Shown here piece by piece: positions 28,304 through 35,863 of a stretch of DNA of 35,863 nt (the stretch's first letter is position 1; every line of letters starts with the position of its first letter). The notes beneath the pieces were generated by a model, which had not been told where the DNA came from, did no database searches, and saw only the letters and a program-made list of their open reading frames with translations. The DNA is from a virus, in UHGV virus genome UHGV-0129071. One strand, given 5' to 3'. Position numbers and translations under genes: made by a program.

Positions 28304-29719
28304 ATGGCTACGTGGCAACAGGGTATTAATTCTGGTGGTTTTCTGGCTGGCATTGGTGCGCAAAACGAGAATGCGCCAAAGGCAAGCGACATTAACGCAA
28401 CGCTTGGTCTGATCCGCGAAAACAATGAACTGGCTCGCTCAGGTGCAAATAACGTTGGTCTGACCGCGTTACGTGGTCTGGCTGGAGTTGCTGATATTTA
28501 TAAGCAGGAACAGCAACAGAAAGCGATTAGTGCGTTCAATAAGGTTCACGCTGATGCATGGGCTTCTGGTGATCCATCGGGACTATTTAAGTTTGCCCAG
28601 GAAAATCCAGCGTTTGTTGCACAGGCACAACAGGCGTTTTCCGGTCTTAATGAGCAGCAACGCAACGATATGGGCGATTTAGCCATGAGGGCTAACGTCG
28701 CTCTTTCTCAGGGACCGGAAGCCTACAGTAAATTCATTACTGACAACAAGGACAGGTTAAATCGCGTGGGTGCGAATGCTGACTGGATGATTCAGACAGG
28801 TATCCAGAATCCAGAGCAGCTATCACACATGCTGACTACTATGACGCTAGGGGCTGTTGGTCCGGATAAAATGCTGGATTATCAGGACAAGATGGTTGGT
28901 CGTGAGATTGACCGAGGCAGGCTGGCAGAGACAATCCGCAGCAATCAGGCTGGTGAAGCACTTCAGGCGAGAGGGCAAAACCTTTCCTATCAGTCAGCAA
29001 TGACTGGGCACAATATCGCTGCACAACGCTTGGCTCTGGATCAGCAAGAGTTCGGGTTTAAGATGCAGCAAGCGCAGGAAAAGGCTCAGCAGTTGATTAG
29101 CGAAGCACCTAAGCTGTCAGTAAACATGGAAAAAGGCATCGAGACGGCTGTAAACAATGCCACAGCATCATCAAACTCAGCCAATTCCATGAGTGCGCTT
29201 GCTCAACAGTTCAGAGCAGAAAAACCAACGACAGGTTTGTTCGGTAACGCACAGAACATGTTCGCAAAACTTACCGGAAGCGATACGACATTGCGTGATT
29301 TGCGCATTCGCCAAAATGCCCTTGTTAACAGTCAGGTTCTTAAATTCCTACCTCCCGGCCCAGCAACGGATAAAGACGTTGAGATCGTTCGACAGGGTGC
29401 GCCAACTGACATGGATAACCCTGAGACGGTCGCAAGATGGCTTGATGCAATGGCAAACCTTGAGCGACGAAACGCGCAGTTTAATGAGTTTAAAGCCGAG
29501 TGGATGAGCGCGAATGGCAACCCTGGACAATCGCGTAATGGCGGTCAGATATTGGGGTTGGATGTTAAAAAAGGTGAATCATTGGGGAGTGCCGTTAAGC
29601 GGTATATGTCAATGAATACTGGCGCAGCGCCAGCACAAGATTCGACGCCTTCAGGAGAACCACGGAATCAGGTTGGATCGTATACCTCAAAATCAGGCAT
29701 TCAATTTACGGTGGAATGA
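28304..29719 (+). CDS. ejection protein (P22 gp20-like)
   Basis: 471 aa, same length as P22 gp20; second ejection protein. Confidence 0.75.
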   Translation: MATWQQGINSGGFLAGIGAQNENAPKASDINATLGLIRENNELARSGANNVGLTALRGLAGVADIYKQEQQQKAISAFNKVHADAWASGDPSGLFKFAQENPAFVAQAQQAFSGLNEQQRNDMGDLAMRANVALSQGPEAYSKFITDNKDRLNRVGANADWMIQTGIQNPEQLSHMLTTMTLGAVGPDKMLDYQDKMVGREIDRGRLAETIRSNQAGEALQARGQNLSYQSAMTGHNIAAQRLALDQQEFGFKMQQAQEKAQQLISEAPKLSVNMEKGIETAVNNATASSNSANSMSALAQQFRAEKPTTGLFGNAQNMFAKLTGSDTTLRDLRIRQNALVNSQVLKFLPPGPATDKDVEIVRQGAPTDMDNPETVARWLDAMANLERRNAQFNEFKAEWMSANGNPGQSRNGGQILGLDVKKGESLGSAVKRYMSMNTGAAPAQDSTPSGEPRNQVGSYTSKSGIQFTVE

Positions 29720-31557
29720 TGAAAGTAACTGCAAACGGTAAGACATTTACCTTTCCTGATGGTACGAGCACCGAAGATATTGGCACCGCCATTGATGAGT
29801 ATTTTGCTGGTCAGGCTGTTCAGCAACAAACAGTTAATCAGGCCAATAATGCACCAACACGGGAAGAACCATCATTGATGCAACAAGCTGGCGATTGGCT
29901 CACTGGTGGTCAAAGTGCAGGGCAAATTGCAGAACAGGCTGGTCGTGGTCTGGTAAACATACCATTTGACGTATTGCAGGGCGGCGCAAGTCTGATTAAT
30001 GCAATCAGTCAGGGGCTTGGTGGACCCAAGGTTTTGGATGATGTTTATCGTCCAGTAGACAGACCGACAGACCCCTACGCGCAAGCCGGTGAAACAATTG
30101 GTGGGTATTTGGTTCCAGGAGTTGGAACGGCAGGAAGCATGGCTATTGGATCACTGGCAGACGCCGCAAATCAGAAAGGCGATTTCGCGCAAAATGCAGC
30201 CAAAAACGCCGGAGTTAACCTTGCCGCTCAGGGGGTTCTTTCCGCAGCAGCAAAGGGAATAGGGCGTGGAGTAACGGCTATAAAAGGTGATATTGCGCCA
30301 GAAGTGGCGAAGAAAATTGCCACATCAGAATCGATGGGCGTGACACCAATGACATCTGATGTAATCCCGCCGAAAAATGCTTTCACTCGCGGCCTTACTC
30401 AGGATGCCGAGGGGGCTTTGCTCGGGACAGGCTCAAAGCGAGCGGAGCAATATGCAACGCGTAGTAAGCTGGTAAGTAATTATTTTGACCGTTTTGGTGA
30501 GTACAACCCTGATGATGTGGTGAAATCTCTGATCACCACGTTAAGGGGACGGAAGGATGCCGCTGGCGCTGTTATCAATGACGTCACCAATAAAATGGGT
30601 AATGCCGCAGTTGATACCACAAACACTATGAATGCTCTGAATACAGCGATCGCAAGACAGGAACGGCTTGGGACGTCTGCCAATCAAAGCCTGCTTACAT
30701 CCTTGCGTAACCTACGTGAAGAATTAGCAAACCCTGCAACTGATTTGGATGTTACGTTTGATCTCTTGCGTCAGCACAGAACAGCATTTAGATCTAATGT
30801 TCAGGGAGATGCTATGGTCTTCCCCAACCAGGCAAAAGCAGCTACCAATATGGTAGAGAATGCAATGTCAAAAGACCTTCGTAACGCAGTTGCTAAAAAC
30901 CTCGGTGCATCAGACGCAGCAAAATACCTTAAAGCAAATTCCGATTATGCAAACGTTTATAATAAGGTGCTTAATAAAAATATTGCTAACAAGCTCAACA
31001 AGGCAAGCAGTGAAGCCAGTCCTGAACTTATAAATACCGTTGTATTAAGCAGAAAACCATCTGACGTGAAACGAATCTGGAGCGCATTGGATGATAAAGG
31101 GAAAGATGCTATGCGTGCAGCTTACGTCAGCAAAATAGCGGAAAAGGCCGGTGACTCTCCAGCCAAGTTCATCACTGAAGTTAATAAGCTGAAATCTCAG
31201 TCAGGCGGTGAAATTTACAACACTATTTTTTCTGGAAAGCACATGAAAGAGCTTGATGCTCTTCATGAAGTTCTACAGCAAACAGCAAGGTCAGACACCG
31301 CAAATGTAGTAACTCAGACGGGGCAATCACAAGCCAACAGGATAAGGACGATTGGCGCAACTGCGACTCTTGGAGTATCAATGGGGCTTGAGGCTGGCTT
31401 TGGTGCAATGATGCGTTTGTATGAGTCCAAAGCCGCAAGGAATATGCTTCTTCGTTTGGCAAACACCAAAGCAGGAACACCAGCCTATGAAAGAGCGCTA
31501 AATAACGCTGCGAATGCCATCAGACCGCTGTTTGCTACTGAGGCAACACAGCAGTAA
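29716..31557 (+). CDS. ejection protein (P22 gp16-like)
   Basis: 613 aa; third ejection protein; ATGA overlap with upstream gene. Confidence 0.75.
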   Translation: MMKVTANGKTFTFPDGTSTEDIGTAIDEYFAGQAVQQQTVNQANNAPTREEPSLMQQAGDWLTGGQSAGQIAEQAGRGLVNIPFDVLQGGASLINAISQGLGGPKVLDDVYRPVDRPTDPYAQAGETIGGYLVPGVGTAGSMAIGSLADAANQKGDFAQNAAKNAGVNLAAQGVLSAAAKGIGRGVTAIKGDIAPEVAKKIATSESMGVTPMTSDVIPPKNAFTRGLTQDAEGALLGTGSKRAEQYATRSKLVSNYFDRFGEYNPDDVVKSLITTLRGRKDAAGAVINDVTNKMGNAAVDTTNTMNALNTAIARQERLGTSANQSLLTSLRNLREELANPATDLDVTFDLLRQHRTAFRSNVQGDAMVFPNQAKAATNMVENAMSKDLRNAVAKNLGASDAAKYLKANSDYANVYNKVLNKNIANKLNKASSEASPELINTVVLSRKPSDVKRIWSALDDKGKDAMRAAYVSKIAEKAGDSPAKFITEVNKLKSQSGGEIYNTIFSGKHMKELDALHEVLQQTARSDTANVVTQTGQSQANRIRTIGATATLGVSMGLEAGFGAMMRLYESKAARNMLLRLANTKAGTPAYERALNNAANAIRPLFATEATQQ

Positions 31558-31581
31558 CGTATGGGAAATTGGATTCAATCG

Positions 31582-31971
31582 CTAACATTTTCTTTTTACT
31601 TTTCCAACAAAAGCTTTGGTTGAATCCATATTTCCATAACCGGAAATGGTTTTTGACATTAAAACTGTTCCAGTAGGATGTATTACCCATGAGTCGATAA
31701 CGCGTTGAGTTTCGCCATTCGCGCCGATTCCTATGATGGAGTTTTTAGACAATGCTTTGTAAGCCATGCCGCCCGCATCTGTCCCAGAATATGTGATGCT
31801 GGCATCTTCACCGCTTGTCTTAATGATGAATGTTCCACTAAAACCATCTTCTTCCGGATGGAAATTATTTCGTTCTGAATAGCTTATTCCGCGCATATCT
31901 CCAACGACCCAGCACTCTGCTGTAGCCCCAAAAGATATGAATAAGAACATAGCAGCAAGAAATTGCTTCAC
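31582..31971 (-). CDS. secreted/periplasmic protein with signal peptide (about 129 aa, GTG start)
   Basis: GTG at 31971 preceded by AAGGAGGT SD; N-terminal signal peptide (KQFLAAMFLFISFGATA-EC); AT-rich moron-like region. Confidence 0.45.
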   Translation of the reverse strand: MKQFLAAMFLFISFGATAECWVVGDMRGISYSERNNFHPEEDGFSGTFIIKTSGEDASITYSGTDAGGMAYKALSKNSIIGIGANGETQRVIDSWVIHPTGTVLMSKTISGYGNMDSTKAFVGKVKRKC

Positions 31972-32001
31972 ACCAACCTCCTTAGTTTTGAGCAGGATAC
32001 C

Positions 32002-32367
32002 ATGAAAAAAGTTAACATTGGAAACGTACCAAAGATGCTCGTTCCGCTCTTTGAGAGCGGTACAATTGTGTTTTGTAGAGACTTTCCAGAATGGCAACGC
32101 CTGCATCAAAAACTTGGCGTTGACGTGCATGACTCGGACGCCAACGGAGCGTCTCATACAATGAGTAGCGAGAATGGTGTTTTGCATGTGATAGGCGTGT
32201 TCAATGGCAAACTATCTACTATTGCCCATGAGTGCGCTCACATGGCATTCGATATCTGCTCAAGGGTAGGTGTTGATGTTGAACCAGGAAGAGCCAACGA
32301 GACTTACTGCTACTTAATGAGCAGGCTTGTTGAGTTCTGCGAGCGACATATCAAAAAGCCGGAGTGA
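32002..32367 (+). CDS. small HExxH-motif protein (121 aa), possible minimal zinc metallopeptidase-like
   Basis: ATG 32002; contains IAHECAHMAFDI (HExxH) after predicted beta-rich N-terminus; divergent from the secreted-protein gene. Confidence 0.4.
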   Translation: MKKVNIGNVPKMLVPLFESGTIVFCRDFPEWQRLHQKLGVDVHDSDANGASHTMSSENGVLHVIGVFNGKLSTIAHECAHMAFDICSRVGVDVEPGRANETYCYLMSRLVEFCERHIKKPE

Positions 32368-32380
32368 CCCGGCTTGATTA

Positions 32381-32560
32381 TTACTTTTTGCTGTCTGGAG
32401 TTCGCTTATCCAATACCCAGCCATGACCTGGCTTTGTTGTTGGTGGAAGCCTTTCGTTGTCCTTGACGGTTGCAAAATTGTCTTTCTTACCGCCGCGTGG
32501 GCCAACTTCTTGGTATATTCCGCCGTTTTTTCCTGTGTTTTCACCTGGTTTTTTCGCCAT
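32381..32560 (-). CDS. YjzC-like small protein (59 aa)
   Basis: ATG 32560 with GAGGT SD and own sigma70-like promoter (TTGACT...); motif G.Y.EVGPRGG...TV...LPPT...GHGWVL resembles YjzC family. Confidence 0.45.
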   Translation of the reverse strand: MAKKPGENTGKNGGIYQEVGPRGGKKDNFATVKDNERLPPTTKPGHGWVLDKRTPDSKK

Positions 32561-32650
32561 GATATACCTCAACATACACCCGTTATTGGGCGATTAAATA
32601 TTGATCTCATTTTATAAGTAGTCAATATGGCCCAGGTAAATGCAAAAATT

Positions 32651-32675
32651 AACCCACCTTCAGGTGGGTTTTTTG
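32651..32675. terminator. bidirectional hairpin terminator at mnt 3-prime end
   Basis: AACCCACC-TTCA-GGTGGGTT flanked by A-run upstream and T-run downstream. Confidence 0.5.
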
Positions 32676-32911
32676 TACAAATCCTTCAGCGTATCAAACA
32701 CCATCTTCTTAACAAGTTCAGACTGCTCATCAGCGATGCGTTCCGCATCGTCTCGATAGCCTGAAATTTTGGATGGCTTTGATACGGCATCAGTCACTAT
32801 CTGAACTAATTCTGAATTAAGAGAGCGGCCATTGGATTTGGCTCGCTGTTTTAGTTTTTCCTTTAATTCGTAAGGTAGCCGCAGATTAAATTGCGGGTCA
32901 TCTCTTCCCAT
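32660..32911 (-). CDS. mnt: Mnt repressor (ribbon-helix-helix, Arc/MetJ family)
   Basis: 83-aa ORF MGRDDPQFNLRLPYELKEKLKQRAKSNGRSLNSELVQIV...DAERIADEQSELVKKMVFDTLKDLYKK matches recalled P22 Mnt. Confidence 0.85.
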   Translation of the reverse strand: MGRDDPQFNLRLPYELKEKLKQRAKSNGRSLNSELVQIVTDAVSKPSKISGYRDDAERIADEQSELVKKMVFDTLKDLYKKPT

Positions 32912-32974
32912 TCTTGATGCCTCGCTTTTGTGAGTGGATCGGCATCTTATTATCTGCTGGTTGCATCCTCAATA

Positions 32975-32989
32975 AGACCACAGTGGTCT
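32975..32989. promoter_or_regulatory. Mnt operator-like palindrome
   Basis: AGACCAC-A-GTGGTCT perfect 15-bp palindrome resembling the P22 Omnt core (GGTCCACGGTGGACC) in mnt/tailspike intergenic region. Confidence 0.5.
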
Positions 32990-33057
32990 CTTTGTTTGAT
33001 TAATAATGCATCACTGTGGCAATGCTGCGGCGATTCCTTGTATCTGGAGCAAATTAA

Positions 33058-35196
33058 ATGACAGACATTACAGCCAATGTTGTAGTGAGTATGCCTTCGC
33101 AACTCTTCACTATGGCGCGTTCTTTTAAAGCCGTAGCCAATGGCAAAATTTATATCGGTAAAATTGACACTGATCCTGTAAATACAGAAAACCAGATTCA
33201 GGTCTATGTGGAGAATGAAGACGGTTCTCACGTTCCTGTTTCGCAACCAATAATCATTAACGCTGCTGGATATCCGGTATATAACGGACAGATTGCCAAA
33301 TTCGTTACCGTGCAAGGCCATTCTATGGCTGTTTATGATGCGTATGGTGCGCAGCAGTTCTATTTTCCTAATGTGCTGAAGTATGACCCTGATCAACTAC
33401 GGCAGCAATTAGAAGACCCGGATGGAGCTAAAAAATATCCTGAATTGCAGATATCTCGGTGGAGGGACGATTGTGATGTAAGAGGGTGGGGGGCAAAAGG
33501 CGATGGTATAACAGATGATACATCTGCATTGATCTTGGCTGCAGAATATGCACGAGAATCATCCAAAACATTACGAGCGGAAGGTAATTTTATTATTACG
33601 GAGACATTAAATCTTCGTAATGTCAGCCTCGAAATGACCAATGCTGTTTTTACCATATCCCACTCAGGAATAGGGGTATTGCTTGGCGGGAATGCATCAA
33701 ACCCTAACAACCCAAGACAAAACTTCGGAACGATTATCAGAAATTCTGGTATTTCATCTGAAACGACACCGGATATTCGTATTATCGGGGCAAAAGGGCA
33801 GCATATAAACATTGAGCGTTGCGACTACTTACAGTTATATGCAAATTATAATGCTTCGGTGGCATCGACGGATTATTCAATAGCATACTCAACCTTTAAC
33901 CTGAAAAAGGTCGATACAATTCATTTTCTTGGAGTTGAGAACGGATGGATAAATGAAAACTATTTTTATCTGAATCGTACGAATAATATCATTTTCGCTG
34001 ATAATCCATATCATCATAACCACAATAAGTTTTATGGTGGAACTATGGAGGGGGCAGGTAAAATTGATATTCAAAGAGGTGATAACAATTACTTCTACGG
34101 GTTTCGTTTTGAACGAGATCCATCATCCCAAACTAACCAACAGTTGATAATTAACTTTGGTGAATATACGTGGAATAACTCAATTGAAGCTACATGGTTA
34201 AGTTCTCCTTACTATACAAATGAGCCATACAATCCATCACCTTACACTTATGTCGAGGTAACTGATAATGGCAAGGGGAATGCAGTATTTCATATTCAGG
34301 AAAATATATCCGATGAAGTAACATTGTTTTCTTTAAATGCTAACACCCCATTTATATCCAGTGCTAACAATGGAGAAGTTGGTGTATTAGCATTTCAAAC
34401 AGATGTAGATGGTTTATATAATATCCGTCACCTGGTTTCTTCTAAGTTTGCTTTTATGCGGAATTTTGGGTTGTTATGGGAATCTGGAGATGTACCAGTA
34501 AGAAATGGTGATATGTTTACATTCTCAGCAGATACGGCATCGTTTCGCATTTACCTGTATGCATTAGATGGAGATGGGAATGTCATAACTTCACAAACAG
34601 AAGCAATAACCTCTTCTATGCAATGGGATTCATCTAACCATAGATATGCTACTGTTGCTAACATTTCTTCCATTAAGATCAGGATTAATAATGAAGGGGT
34701 TCCAGTTAGTGCAATTCGTTTAGCTGTGTATTCTGGTGGTAATGTAGCGAATACTGCATTTTCATGGCTATGCTTAACTGGTAGATATTACAAAAATAGC
34801 ACATCCTTGCCAAGGAAAAGCAAAGATAACTTCACCTTAAAACAAGGAAAAGCAATTACTTATTATAGTGATACTGATATTAGTATGGCTAACATTGGTT
34901 CAGGAATTACCTGTTATAAAACCGATTTATCTGAACTCAAAATTAATCTTGTAAGGGGCAGGTATGTAGTGAAATCAATTTCAGGCAGTGAAATATATGT
35001 ATACCAAGGAACAGTCACTTATTACCCTCCATTCAGTGATATCAAATTGGTATATACGGATGGGGTTGAAAATAAATTATTAGATGTGCAAAACATCTCT
35101 TCAGAAAAGATTACTCTTGCAGATACAGTACCATCAGCTATATCTGCAGGTGATTTTGTAGATATTATTGTTACAAAGACGAAATCTATTTTATGA
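33058..35196 (+). CDS. tailspike protein (P22 gp9-type N-terminal head-binding domain, divergent receptor-binding domain)
   Basis: 712 aa; N-terminal about 115 aa ([11 protein letters not shown]...[19 protein letters not shown]...VLKYDPDQ) matches recalled P22/HK620/Sf6 tailspike head-binding domain; remainder differs from P22. Confidence 0.85.
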   Translation: MTDITANVVVSMPSQLFTMARSFKAVANGKIYIGKIDTDPVNTENQIQVYVENEDGSHVPVSQPIIINAAGYPVYNGQIAKFVTVQGHSMAVYDAYGAQQFYFPNVLKYDPDQLRQQLEDPDGAKKYPELQISRWRDDCDVRGWGAKGDGITDDTSALILAAEYARESSKTLRAEGNFIITETLNLRNVSLEMTNAVFTISHSGIGVLLGGNASNPNNPRQNFGTIIRNSGISSETTPDIRIIGAKGQHINIERCDYLQLYANYNASVASTDYSIAYSTFNLKKVDTIHFLGVENGWINENYFYLNRTNNIIFADNPYHHNHNKFYGGTMEGAGKIDIQRGDNNYFYGFRFERDPSSQTNQQLIINFGEYTWNNSIEATWLSSPYYTNEPYNPSPYTYVEVTDNGKGNAVFHIQENISDEVTLFSLNANTPFISSANNGEVGVLAFQTDVDGLYNIRHLVSSKFAFMRNFGLLWESGDVPVRNGDMFTFSADTASFRIYLYALDGDGNVITSQTEAITSSMQWDSSNHRYATVANISSIKIRINNEGVPVSAIRLAVYSGGNVANTAFSWLCLTGRYYKNSTSLPRKSKDNFTLKQGKAITYYSDTDISMANIGSGITCYKTDLSELKINLVRGRYVVKSISGSEIYVYQGTVTYYPPFSDIKLVYTDGVENKLLDVQNISSEKITLADTVPSAISAGDFVDIIVTKTKSIL

Positions 35197-35230
35197 AGTG
35201 TTTATTTATCCTTATGTTAAAGGAGCGATA

Positions 35231-35518
35231 ATGGATATAACACCTTTCCTTCATGCGTTTTGTGCTGTGGCTGCGCAGGTACTGATTGGCCTTTTTACCG
35301 GAAACTGGGCTTACGGGGCGATAGCCGGTTGTACGTTCTTCATTGCGCGTGAACACACCCAGGCAGAATATCGCTGGATTGAAATGTTCGGGCATGGCAA
35401 GCGTATGAATATGCCGTGGTGGGGCGGTTTTGATCCGCGCGTATGGGATGTGGGAAGTTTGTTGGATTTTTCTTTCCCAATTATCGGATGCTTATTGGTA
35501 TGGATTCTTGCATCGTAG
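35231..35518 (+). CDS. hypothetical small membrane protein (95 aa)
   Basis: ATG 35231 with AAGGAG SD; two or three hydrophobic segments; directly after tailspike. Confidence 0.4.
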   Translation: MDITPFLHAFCAVAAQVLIGLFTGNWAYGAIAGCTFFIAREHTQAEYRWIEMFGHGKRMNMPWWGGFDPRVWDVGSLLDFSFPIIGCLLVWILAS

Positions 35519-35626
35519 CGAACACATAATTACCAATGAGACAAAACTGAGACACACAAAGCTTTGCACTGGATTACAAGGCTTTGTGTCATTCTCTGGA
35601 GTGCGATATGTTCTGATGACAAAAAA

Positions 35627-35668
35627 TTAGCGCAAGAAGACAAAAAATCACCTTGCGCTAATGCTCTG
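35627..35668 (-). terminator. hairpin with T-run (minus-strand orientation), possible terminator of a leftward transcript entering from beyond window
   Basis: Perfect 10-bp inverted repeat TTAGCGCAAG-N15-CTTGCGCTAA; on minus strand followed by TTTTTT. Confidence 0.3.
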
Positions 35669-35863
35669 TCTCAGGTCACTAATACTATCTAAGTAGTTGA
35701 TTCATAGTGACTGGATATGTTGTGTTTTGTCGCGTTTTGCAGTCTATTATTTAATCATTAAGTAATCTAATGCTATGATTTTTAAATTATTTATGTGGTT
35801 TTGTCATCCTTTAGGTGAAAAAGGTTGAGTCGCAAAGCGGAATGCATCTAGCATAAAGCCTTA

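Noticed and set aside
31972-32187. Longer 201-aa version of the minus-strand ORF
   Set aside because: Would overlap the plus-strand HExxH gene by about 185 bp; the strong SD plus GTG at 31971 exposing a signal peptide is a better start.
1-35863. Integrase, excisionase, attachment sites and tRNA genes
   Set aside because: No tyrosine/serine recombinase-like ORF and no tRNA-like cloverleaf region recognised by eye; the window appears to start and end inside the phage, so these probably lie outside it.

Overview
This window is most of a mosaic P22-like (lambdoid) temperate phage or prophage of an enterobacterial host, running from the early-left region through the tailspike; no integrase, tRNA or CRISPR array is visible. 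All calls rest on reading the six-frame translations and recalled similarity to known phage proteins; no database search was run. Leftward (minus strand) early operon: PL/OL and nutL, a phage-21-type N, a cluster of small accessory ORFs, cIII, a Kil-like ORF, a Rad52-like annealing protein plus SSB, and Ea-type genes. Centre: a P22-type immunity region (c2, OR1-3, cro, c1). Rightward: an O-like initiator with internal iterons, a primase-helicase, the nin region (NinB/E/F, RusA, NinH), lambda-type Q, PR' and S/R/Rz/Rz1, Rha, Sf6/P22-type terminase, portal, scaffold, coat, tail hub, needle and ejection proteins, then an accessory gene trio, mnt and a tailspike with a divergent receptor-binding domain. 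The most promising unexplained parts are the accessory trio between the last ejection gene and mnt (secreted protein, HExxH protein, YjzC-like protein), the small-ORF cluster between N and cIII, an SSB whose DDDIPF tip is not C-terminal, a frame-split Rha/KilA-C gene, and mnt with its operator directly upstream of the tailspike.
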